Origin: Candidatus Poseidoniaceae archaeon
Lineage (GTDB): Archaea > Thermoplasmatota > Poseidoniia > Poseidoniales > Poseidoniaceae
Direction: 5' to 3'
DNA length: 64,000 nt
NCBI GenBank assembly: GCA_965662895.1
Contig: CBFIJH010000003.1
Location: 69,693 to 133,692 of the forward strand
Shown: positions 28,415 to 37,336 of the stretch, in pieces
How positions within the stretch are numbered: position 1 is the stretch's first letter
Layout: every line of letters begins with the position of its first letter
Notes under the pieces: model-generated
The model's input: the letters and a program-made list of their open reading frames with translations, nothing else
Database searches by the model: none
What the model was told of the DNA's origin: nothing
Program-made: the position numbers and the translations under genes

Positions 28415-31400
28415 CACAGGTCCAAATCATCCAACAGGTCGGAGAGATTTGTGGTCTGTGCAGATGTTGTAGTCATTGAAGATGTCGGTTGATATGTAGG
28501 TGCAGGTGCTCGATTTGCGGCGAGGTATTGCTCTCCATAGTATGCCCATTGTTCCATTGTCCATCCCGTTGGCAATCCCGTTGCTGGAAGCGGTGGGCCT
28601 TGATTCGTGGTCGGTTGTGGTGGTTGCACCGCTGGTTCGGGTTGGATTTGCGCTTGGGGTTGTGCAGGTTGCTCATAGGCTGGCATCTCTTCTGGCGAAT
28701 AGCTGGGCAATGGAGTTGAATCCCATGCTTTGGTTGAAGGTGTTTCGAGGATTTCGGGTTGAGCGCGACGAGTGATGAGGAGGAATGAGGCCAAAACGAG
28801 AACCAACCCAATCAAACTGAGGATGACAATCGACATGGTCGGTGAAACTCCCAGCGTTTCGCTGAATTCTTCAAGGAAACCTTCTGCTGGTGGTTCAGCG
28901 ACTTGGATAATGAGCGTCTTCGTATCCATCGACAGGTCATCATCGGTAATTGTAAGATTGATGGTCCACGTTCCAGCGGGCAAATCGGTAATCGACACCG
29001 ATGGACCAGTCTCTCCAAGATCTTGCTCGCCTCGCCATTCAAACTTCCACACATAGAGCATGTTGAGCAAATCCGAATCCGAATCGTTGGTACCCATTGA
29101 GGTCAGATTGAGGGTGTCGCCTTCAATCAGGTTGTCAAGTGAACCTTCCATGTACGATATGTTCGCTCTAGGAAGTTTGTTGTCGACTTTCACCACAGCA
29201 GAGATTGAAGCCATTGCTCCGTCATCATCCATGACCCAAGCCGTAACTGTGCGGTACTTGGGCACACTTGTTTCCCAAGTGTATTCAAAATGTGTTCCAG
29301 TTACATCGCAATCGTTGTTCATTGTTCCATCCAGATCTGCATCACGTGTTCCATCAATATCCCAACATACTTCCAAGCTTTCTTTGTCCGATGGTGTGTC
29401 GTCAACGGTGACATCGAAAACAACACGATCGTCCTCAAGCACTGGTAGTCCGTCAAGTCGGTCTACAGCATTTTTGAAATTTGGCTGAGCAGTTATTGTA
29501 GGTGCAACGTTTTCGATGGTTACCTTTGCAAGCGAGGTCGATGAGGTTGCCCCATCATCATCGACAGCGCGAACTGAAACGATGTGCTCTCCAGAGATGG
29601 GCCACGAGGTTGCAACATCCGATGCAGAGCCATCGGTCGATGCTGTCAGATTCTCGAGTACATCGCTGAGATTCCAGTCGATGATAAGGCCATCACGGTC
29701 GCTGAGTGTATCCTCTCCCTGAGCGCGTAAAATTACGGTTTGGTCTTCCTGAAGAACCCACGTTCCATTGGCATCAAAGGGGGTGTTAACACCGGCAATC
29801 CAAACTTCAATCTCTCCAATTGTTGGAGCCACGTTAAGGACCTGAATCGATGAGATCACTTCGGTTTCTTCTCCGTCATCGTCGGTCGCAATCGCCCGAA
29901 TTGGCATCGTTCCCTCTTGCATCGGTGTGAATGTACACGTCGGTTGCGTGAGTCCCTCCAAGCAATTGAGGTCCGGCCAAGATACACTGACTTGCTGGCC
30001 AGATGGAGATGAAGTATCAAGATCGCCACTATCGGTTGCATCGATGGTGATCGAAGATTCCACAGCAACTTCTGCTGAGTGGTTCAAATTGATGTATGGC
30101 GCTCGGTTGAGAATCGTAACATTGGTCACCAAAACAGTCGAGTCGAGTTCATCGTCGGTGACAACGGTGCGTAGTTCCCAATCCCCATTGTCTGACCAGT
30201 TCCAATACATGGAGCAATCGGGTGTGGTGATGACATCTATGAGTCCAGGTCTGGATTCAATTTCGAACCGGCATTCAACATCTCCACCATCTGGGTCAAA
30301 TGAGGAACTAGCATCGATAAAGACATCTTGGAACGTGTAGTTTCCAGTGTCGATGGAGATGGAGGCATTCGGTGCTCGTCCGATGAAGATATCAATCTCA
30401 GCCTGATTGTTGCTTCGATTTGCATCACCTGCAACGAGTTCATCAGGATCGACCGTGAAGGTCAATGTCTGGTTGCCGATGGTTGCACCTTCAGGAACCG
30501 TCCAATCAATCTCAATTCGTTGTTCACTGTATGCATCAATGGAAGGAACCGCTTGACGGCTTGAATCGCCATCGGGTACGACAATTTCCATTTCTGTTGA
30601 AGGAGATGGCAGGACCCCTCGATTTTGTGCTGGTAATGAGAAACTGAGTTGGTCGCCGGGAAGTGCATTGTACCCAATGGATTTCGAAAGGGTTGCAACT
30701 TCTCCATCACGAGTTCGAGTGACAATGATCGAATCTTCCTGAGCCACGAGATCGATACCAACAACCGATAGGTCGATGACCACGGTTGCGACCCCGATAA
30801 TTTCCTGTACCGGGTCCCACACTATGACGCCATTGCTGCTGAAGTCATCACTGGCGTTTGTATCGTCCGTGACGTTTGATACGTTGATGGACTCCTCAAT
30901 TTGACCACTTCCGTTCGTGATTGGATTGACAAGTGTTCCCGCCATTTCATATCGCAATTGCAAATTCTTGTTCACTTCAGGAATGCCGTTTGGAGCGACA
31001 GCATAGGTCGCATAAATCTTCGACATTGAATCGGGCAGTGTAGCAATAAACTGGGTTTCAACTTCAATATCGACGTTCCTTGATCCTGGACTTTTTCGTT
31101 TGTCGACACTAAACGAATCAACGGGTTCGTAGTCCTTAAGCAACCAATCGATTGTAAATCCAGCCGAGTTTGAAATCCGAATCCATGAATTAAATCGCAC
31201 TGCTGGACAGTACCAGTTGAATCCTGAACTTACACCGGTTTCATTCCATTCGTTGATTTTGTAGGAATCATCGCACCCCTCATACAGAATGTTCTTGCCG
31301 TCTTCAGTTGGTATTCCATCCGTTGTAACCTGCCAGGAATTGTTCTCTGCAGCTTCTGTATCGAACTCCGTAGGGTCAAAGTAACTTGATGATCCGGTTA

Positions 31401-32013
31401 CAGTGGTTCCGGACATGAATGGCATGTACCACTGGTCTCCTGTTCGAAGGGGGAAATCATACCGCTCTTTCGGGGGGTCATAATACGTATCGAAATTGAT
31501 TGTACCAATGTTTTGGGTCAGGAAGCCAAGGTTGAATGGAGCAAAATCGACATCAAGTTCAAACTCCGAATTGATGACCGCCTGGTCTCGAACCCGAATA
31601 ATGTCCTCTCCTTGGTAATCAATGCTGAGTCGACCAGTTACCCCTTCTAGGGTTGCACCACTGTTACCAGATGAGAATGAACCTTCGATTTTCAGTTTGT
31701 ACGCCAGAGTTTGAACTCCATCAACTGCGATGAAGAAGATATCTTCGACTTCGTACACAGTGTCTCCCGTGAGGGTGTTAAGACTCGCAGATACATTCGC
31801 TTGGGCAATGAGCTGGGCGACATCAAATTGCGTTTCATAGGTCCATTTGTCTCCAATTCTCCAACTTTGGACATCCGTCGAACTTCCTGCACCTGAGGAT
31901 TCGTACACCGTATCAGGACGTTCGAGGAGCGTTTGCTCTTGAGCGACAAGATGCGTCAAACTGGAAAAAGTGAGAAGAAACAGAACCAACGTTGCAACAA
32001 AACGGTTCGCCAT
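28414..32013 (-). CDS. Large surface protein with CARDB/PKD-like repeats, C-terminal TM and conserved cytoplasmic motif
   Basis: Signal-like N-terminus, repeated N.AP / D.DG Ig-fold motifs, TM near C-terminus, tail PPLPATGLPTGWTMEQWAYYGEQYL. Confidence 0.85.
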   Translation of the reverse strand: MANRFVATLVLFLLTFSSLTHLVAQEQTLLERPDTVYESSGAGSSTDVQSWRIGDKWTYETQFDVAQLIAQANVSASLNTLTGDTVYEVEDIFFIAVDGVQTLAYKLKIEGSFSSGNSGATLEGVTGRLSIDYQGEDIIRVRDQAVINSEFELDVDFAPFNLGFLTQNIGTINFDTYYDPPKERYDFPLRTGDQWYMPFMSGTTVTGSSSYFDPTEFDTEAAENNSWQVTTDGIPTEDGKNILYEGCDDSYKINEWNETGVSSGFNWYCPAVRFNSWIRISNSAGFTIDWLLKDYEPVDSFSVDKRKSPGSRNVDIEVETQFIATLPDSMSKIYATYAVAPNGIPEVNKNLQLRYEMAGTLVNPITNGSGQIEESINVSNVTDDTNASDDFSSNGVIVWDPVQEIIGVATVVIDLSVVGIDLVAQEDSIIVTRTRDGEVATLSKSIGYNALPGDQLSFSLPAQNRGVLPSPSTEMEIVVPDGDSSRQAVPSIDAYSEQRIEIDWTVPEGATIGNQTLTFTVDPDELVAGDANRSNNQAEIDIFIGRAPNASISIDTGNYTFQDVFIDASSSFDPDGGDVECRFEIESRPGLIDVITTPDCSMYWNWSDNGDWELRTVVTDDELDSTVLVTNVTILNRAPYINLNHSAEVAVESSITIDATDSGDLDTSSPSGQQVSVSWPDLNCLEGLTQPTCTFTPMQEGTMPIRAIATDDDGEETEVISSIQVLNVAPTIGEIEVWIAGVNTPFDANGTWVLQEDQTVILRAQGEDTLSDRDGLIIDWNLSDVLENLTASTDGSASDVATSWPISGEHIVSVRAVDDDGATSSTSLAKVTIENVAPTITAQPNFKNAVDRLDGLPVLEDDRVVFDVTVDDTPSDKESLEVCWDIDGTRDADLDGTMNNDCDVTGTHFEYTWETSVPKYRTVTAWVMDDDGAMASISAVVKVDNKLPRANISYMEGSLDNLIEGDTLNLTSMGTNDSDSDLLNMLYVWKFEWRGEQDLGETGPSVSITDLPAGTWTINLTITDDDLSMDTKTLIIQVAEPPAEGFLEEFSETLGVSPTMSIVILSLIGLVLVLASFLLITRRAQPEILETPSTKAWDSTPLPSYSPEEMPAYEQPAQPQAQIQPEPAVQPPQPTTNQGPPLPATGLPTGWTMEQWAYYGEQYLAANRAPAPTYQPTSSMTTTSAQTTNLSDLLDDLDL

Positions 32014-32037
32014 AGTCAAGTCTTGCCTCTCTTGTAC

Positions 32038-35000
32038 TTAGGAATTGTCAACTTGTGAGTCCAACCACTGTTGGCCATAATGTTCCCATTGCTCGGTCGT
32101 CCATCCCTGTGGTAAGCCTGATTGAGGAAGAGGTGGTCCAGATGAAGTTGAATTTTGAGAACTTAACGCGTCGAAGGCACCTTGAACAGGTGGGTCTTGA
32201 GGGCGATTCCTTCGTGCTGAGATTTCATGAGGCATCAAACCAACCTCCTCATCACTGAAAATCGCATTTTGTTGTTCATCGAGTCGATTCATTGCTCGCT
32301 GGTGACGACCAGATCGCCGCTTTCGCGTCACGAGACCGAGCGTGAGCATCATGAAGGCGAGGAGTGAAAGTTGGAGAATTGGGTTGGCTTCTTCGCCGAC
32401 CAGTGCAGCGCTCAAATCCTCAACGATTGTTCGCTCAGGAGCCCCTATTTCCACATTGATTGTTCGCGTTCCAGGCCGTTCGGGATTCTCATCCCATGCC
32501 ATGACGCGAATGGAGTATGTTCCTTGTTTCTTGAACACGTGCTCGATTTGCTTTCCGACTTTATCTGCATCATTGTCTTTGATTCCATCGCCGTTGCTGT
32601 CGGTCATGGTATCCAAATCCCACACAACGGTGATGAGATCAAGGTCGTTCAACGAATCAATTGTTCCCGTCGCATCAAGGACACAGGTTTCCAGTGCATT
32701 GCAAACAATATCCTTCGTTCGAACGATTGGAGGGATGTTGAGGACTTCGACGGTGAGAACTTGACTCACCCGTACTCCATCATCATCCGTGACATGATAG
32801 ATGACGGTATGCGAACCACTGGTGTTCCAATGCCAAACAAGTTCATCGCCCTTGACATCGCAGTCATCATCTGCCCCACCGATGTCGTTTGAGTCACGCC
32901 CAGGATCAACATCCCAACAGCGAATCAATGAATCATAGTCCGATGGCGTATCGGTTGCGTTCCCAATCAATCGAATTTCTTCACCTTCAGCAAGAGGTAA
33001 CACTTCTTCAAGAGGTTGAACAACAGGAGGCACGTTTGCAACGCTCACCCATCGTTCGTATGTTCCACTGCTCGCCCCATCCGTATCACTGACCTCAAGC
33101 CGCATACGATGCAGTCCTGAGGTTTCCCACATCATTTCAAATTCAGAGACTCGACCATCGAAGGTTTTGATCAGGTTTGGTTGTGCATCATCCGGCCACC
33201 AGCGATGTTTCAAGCCATCCAAGTCATCGATTGAATCCAAGGCTTGACCACGTAGCGTGACGATTTGATCTTCTTCAACGTGCCACGTTTGTTGCACATC
33301 TAGAGGAATCGAGCCACTTTCGTTCGTCATGGTAACCGACAAGCCATGCGGATCAATGTTGGTAAATTGGATGTCAATGCTGGCCATTGTCATGGCACTG
33401 TCATCATCGACGCCAACTGCCTGGAAGGTGTGCCATCCTTCAGTGGGTGCAGTTGTGGTGCACACCCGAGTGTAGTACCCTTCCTCACAGATTGCATTTG
33501 GCCAATACACATCAACGACTCCGGGAAAAGGATCCTCTGAGTCTGTATCGTTGGCGTAAGCATAGAGTGTGACTGGATGTTCAACTTTAACTTCATTTCG
33601 AGCACTCACAACTTCAATGTTCGGTGCTCGATTGAGAACAACGACATCAAGAACAGTTTCAATCTCATCCTGCTCTTCGTCGGTAATGGTGACTTCAATT
33701 GGATATTCTCCATCATTTGTCCAGGTCCAGTTGAGCATGCAATCAATCGATTCAACACGCGTCACGGCAGAAGTACGGGTACCATCGTACCAAGGAATGT
33801 TGAATGAGCATGAGACGTTTCCTCCGTCCTCGTCGAAACTCCCTGAAGCATTGATCAAGGTTTCAACATTGGTGTACACTTCGATAGGCTCGAGAACAGC
33901 AGTGGGCAAGCGCCCAACGAACAATTGGATTTCTCCGAGATCGTTGTTCGAATTTGCATCCCCTGTATTGACTTTCAAGGGATCGGCTTCCCACTGGATT
34001 GGGACATAGCCAATCGGTGCGTCAACAGGAACGGTCCAAGTGAAATTTACCTTGTGTGATTCGTACGTTGAAAGCGATGGAAGGAAAAGGTCGAAACTGG
34101 AGCCGTCTGGATGATAGATGCGCAGGTCGGATGGTGTTGAGGCTGTAATTCCGCGATTGACGACAGCAACCTCGACGGTGAGGTTATCACCTGGTAGGAC
34201 ATTGTAACCCGAAAGAGTGCTGACTGTACTGACAACACCGCTTCTGTTTCGAATCACAACGGCACGATCTTCATCTGCAATCAAATCCAAGCCAACAAGA
34301 TACTCATCGAGCGTAACTGTCGCTGCACCAACAAAATTTCCAGCCTTTGCAATGACGCCATGGCTTGCCCAATCGGTGTTTGTTGCAGAATAATCACTAC
34401 TGTTTCCAGAATCAAATATTGTGTTCAATGAGCCGTTTGAGGCTGTGTTTAGCGTGGTTGACGTGCCGTCGTATACCACTTCGACGGCAACTCCATCGAC
34501 GGTTGCATAACACGACGGACTCAAGTGAACCCAGACCTCAAACGGGGAATCGAGTGCGGTAAGGGAACGTTCGGGCACGACATCAACACACGTAGGGCGA
34601 TTGCCTGGAGCGCTGTTGCTTTCCACATCCGTGGCTCCCACTGGAAGGTATTGCTTTAGTCGAAAATCAATGGTCAGTCCAACATCCTCCTCAGCATGAC
34701 GCCAAGCGTAGTTGTTCACTGCAGGACAATACCATCGGTAACCGGTTGAAACACCATCGGAGTTCCATGATGTTAGCTCATACGAAGAATCACATCCGCT
34801 GTAAGCGATACCTGCCCCGATTGCATTCCGTGGTTGTCCAATCTTTGTGACCTCCCATGTCGTCGTATTCGTGTCTGTTTCGGGCGGTGGAAAGGGCGTG
34901 ATGTAGTCACTTTGACCCGACCATTGCGACGAAGCGGTTGTTAGCGAAGTCCATCGCTCACCGTATCGGAGTGGGAAATCATAGGCTTCGGTTGCCGGGC

Positions 35001-35562
35001 TGTATTCGTTTGTAATGGTGATGTCTCCAAGGATTTGGGTCAATGACCCAATTCCGTAAGGAATGAACTTGATGTACAAATCGAGATCGTTCTTGACCGT
35101 TGCAAAATCACTTACCCGAAGATATTCGGTTTGTGTAAATTTAATTTCCGCATTTCCGGTGAACCCTTCAAGTTCAACACCGCTCTTATCGAAATCCGCA
35201 GACATGCGAAGTTTGTAGACCCATTCTGTACGATTGTCGAATTCAAGTTCAAGAAGATCGATGACTTCTGCAGTCGAATCTCCACGAATTTCACCAACAT
35301 TGGCTGATACACCGGTGTCTGTTATGAGAATGGATGGGTCGAAGGTTCCTGAGTAAATCCATTTGTCACCAACCCTCCAGGTTGGTAAATCGGTGACACC
35401 AGGGTCAGCACCACTTTGGTGAATTTTTTCTTCATCAACAAGCTGGGTATGATGCTCAATCATTGGAATTTGACCAAACCCGAGCATCAACCCAAGCACG
35501 AGCAGGGTCAACACACGTGGTTTGAGCTGTCCGCCCATGCTGACGCTTTTCTGTTCTTGCAC
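32038..35562 (-). CDS. Large surface protein, tandem paralog of 28414-32013
   Basis: Shares WRxGDKWxY, YDFPLRxG, WYCPAV, GYNxLPGD and tail PPLPQSGLPQGWTTEQWEHYGQQWL with its neighbour; start 35562 or 35538. Confidence 0.85.
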   Translation of the reverse strand: MQEQKSVSMGGQLKPRVLTLLVLGLMLGFGQIPMIEHHTQLVDEEKIHQSGADPGVTDLPTWRVGDKWIYSGTFDPSILITDTGVSANVGEIRGDSTAEVIDLLELEFDNRTEWVYKLRMSADFDKSGVELEGFTGNAEIKFTQTEYLRVSDFATVKNDLDLYIKFIPYGIGSLTQILGDITITNEYSPATEAYDFPLRYGERWTSLTTASSQWSGQSDYITPFPPPETDTNTTTWEVTKIGQPRNAIGAGIAYSGCDSSYELTSWNSDGVSTGYRWYCPAVNNYAWRHAEEDVGLTIDFRLKQYLPVGATDVESNSAPGNRPTCVDVVPERSLTALDSPFEVWVHLSPSCYATVDGVAVEVVYDGTSTTLNTASNGSLNTIFDSGNSSDYSATNTDWASHGVIAKAGNFVGAATVTLDEYLVGLDLIADEDRAVVIRNRSGVVSTVSTLSGYNVLPGDNLTVEVAVVNRGITASTPSDLRIYHPDGSSFDLFLPSLSTYESHKVNFTWTVPVDAPIGYVPIQWEADPLKVNTGDANSNNDLGEIQLFVGRLPTAVLEPIEVYTNVETLINASGSFDEDGGNVSCSFNIPWYDGTRTSAVTRVESIDCMLNWTWTNDGEYPIEVTITDEEQDEIETVLDVVVLNRAPNIEVVSARNEVKVEHPVTLYAYANDTDSEDPFPGVVDVYWPNAICEEGYYTRVCTTTAPTEGWHTFQAVGVDDDSAMTMASIDIQFTNIDPHGLSVTMTNESGSIPLDVQQTWHVEEDQIVTLRGQALDSIDDLDGLKHRWWPDDAQPNLIKTFDGRVSEFEMMWETSGLHRMRLEVSDTDGASSGTYERWVSVANVPPVVQPLEEVLPLAEGEEIRLIGNATDTPSDYDSLIRCWDVDPGRDSNDIGGADDDCDVKGDELVWHWNTSGSHTVIYHVTDDDGVRVSQVLTVEVLNIPPIVRTKDIVCNALETCVLDATGTIDSLNDLDLITVVWDLDTMTDSNGDGIKDNDADKVGKQIEHVFKKQGTYSIRVMAWDENPERPGTRTINVEIGAPERTIVEDLSAALVGEEANPILQLSLLAFMMLTLGLVTRKRRSGRHQRAMNRLDEQQNAIFSDEEVGLMPHEISARRNRPQDPPVQGAFDALSSQNSTSSGPPLPQSGLPQGWTTEQWEHYGQQWLDSQVDNS

Positions 35563-35583
35563 ATCAAAGGTGCGATGAAGGGC

Positions 35584-36198
35584 TCACAGAAGGTCTGCTA
35601 GTTCGTCTTTGATGATTTCAACTGCTTCCAAGATTTCGTCCTTGTGGCGAGCACCGGTAATGACCATTTTACCGCTGCCGAAAATGAGACAGACAACCTT
35701 GGGGTAATCGAGTCGATAGATAAGTCCGGGGAATTGTTCTGGCTCGTACTCGACTTTGTCGAACGGAAGATGGAATGTGAGATTGTTGAGGTTCAACTTA
35801 CGTGGTTCTCCAGCAAGTGGTGCGCCAGTGAACTTGTCGTTTCCATCGTAATCTTCAGGGTAATGTAGTGCGTAGGTTGCAACCATATTTTGGACTTCGA
35901 TTTCAACATCTTTGAGATCCCAGGTGGTGATTCCTGCAGCACGTAGGTCCTTGATCATGCGATCGATACCTGTGTGAATGTTGTCCTCGTCTTTTCCTCC
36001 AGTACAGACGGCTCGTCCGGATCGGAACATGAGAATTGCGAGTTTAGGATCAGTAACGCGGTAAACCACACCTGGGAATTGTTCAGGTTCGTACTCACAG
36101 TTGAGTTGAATTGCGATATCAGGGAGGTCGAGTTCTTCGGCTACACGGGTGCTTGCTACGACATTGACAACAGTCAATCGCTCTTCATCGGTGGTCAT
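35584..36198 (-). CDS. tbp: TATA-box-binding protein
   Basis: Two repeats with NVVAS/QNMVA, EYEPEQFPG, FRSG/FGSGK. Confidence 0.97.
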   Translation of the reverse strand: MTTDEERLTVVNVVASTRVAEELDLPDIAIQLNCEYEPEQFPGVVYRVTDPKLAILMFRSGRAVCTGGKDEDNIHTGIDRMIKDLRAAGITTWDLKDVEIEVQNMVATYALHYPEDYDGNDKFTGAPLAGEPRKLNLNNLTFHLPFDKVEYEPEQFPGLIYRLDYPKVVCLIFGSGKMVITGARHKDEILEAVEIIKDELADLL

Positions 36199-36219
36199 GG
36201 GTTGCGGCTTTTCAACCGC

Positions 36220-36229
36220 ATATATAAAA
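36220..36229 (-). promoter_or_regulatory. Putative TATA box of tbp
   Basis: TTTTATATAT on the minus strand centred about 26 nt upstream of the tbp ATG, consistent with a leaderless archaeal transcript. Confidence 0.55.
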
Positions 36230-36271
36230 GAGAGGCTATCTCTTTGATTGAATTCCTTTCAACAAAGGTTC

Positions 36272-37252
36272 TCAGATTATATGCTCGGCTCGCAATCCTT
36301 CTTGGTTGAAATGTGAAATAAACGCTCGACCACCTTCCATCTCAATGGCATCAACAGTTTGTTCCGGGTTTCTGGTCAATGCGATCATGCAACCTCCCCC
36401 TCCAGCACCGGTTAATTTTACGCCGAGACTTGATGGTGCAGCAGCCCGAATGAGTTGTTCAAGTTTGGGAGATGAAACGCCGAGTGATCGCAATACGATG
36501 TGATTTTCCGACATGGCTTGACCCACTGCTTCCATGTTTCCATCCTTGAGTGATTGAATTCCTCTTCGTGCGATTGCACCAATCGTTTCAAGCTCAATTT
36601 GTCGTTCTGGATATTCTCGAATCAGATCAGCGACCTGTTGGACCATGGCCGATGTTGAACCATGAACGCCCGTGTTACCAATGACAAGAGCAACATCTTC
36701 CGGTATGCTGGCATCAAACGTATGCAAGTGCCACTGTTGCGTAGCACCATTGACTTGCATTGTCCGGGTTTCGATAAAATCGAGTCCCTCTTCAATGACA
36801 TCGGAGAGGACGACAAAACCGCCAAACGAACTTGTTGCTGTGTCCATCGGGCTGGCACGACCTCCTTGTGCTTCTGCTTCTGCGAAATGAGCAAGTTTGC
36901 TTGCTTCGAGGGGGTTGATTTCATCGCTCCGAATTTGCTGGAGAGCGCCACAAAGTGCAACCGAGAGGGCTGCTGATGAGCCAAGGCCAGATGCTTTCGG
37001 AATCGAACCTCTGATTCGAATATGGTGCGGTTGATTGCTCGAGGGCGGAAGTTGGTTGAGGATGTAGTCAATGTGCGGGTTTTTCTTGGGGTCGAACGCT
37101 CTTCCATCGAGACGCCACGCGTCAAATGTTTCCTCCCTCTCGACTTCAATGGTCATGCGTTGGTTGATGCTGCATGCCAAAGCAGGTTGGCCGTAAACGA
37201 CGGCGTGTTCGCCGAAAAGAATACACTTCCCGGGTGCGCTTGCCTTGACCAT
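36272..37252 (-). CDS. mvk: Mevalonate kinase
   Basis: APGKCILFGEHAVVYG, PKASGLGSSAA, AS.MD, KLTGAGGGG. Start at ATG 37252; the track extension overlaps the divergent gene. Confidence 0.92.
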   Translation of the reverse strand: MVKASAPGKCILFGEHAVVYGQPALACSINQRMTIEVEREETFDAWRLDGRAFDPKKNPHIDYILNQLPPSSNQPHHIRIRGSIPKASGLGSSAALSVALCGALQQIRSDEINPLEASKLAHFAEAEAQGGRASPMDTATSSFGGFVVLSDVIEEGLDFIETRTMQVNGATQQWHLHTFDASIPEDVALVIGNTGVHGSTSAMVQQVADLIREYPERQIELETIGAIARRGIQSLKDGNMEAVGQAMSENHIVLRSLGVSSPKLEQLIRAAAPSSLGVKLTGAGGGGCMIALTRNPEQTVDAIEMEGGRAFISHFNQEGLRAEHII

Positions 37253-37336
37253 GTCCGTTGCAAACCCACCTGAACCATTAGGATTGGTATTGGTTTCATC
37301 GTTGGGTTGAAGGATTGGATGTGTTTGGGTGGGTTC

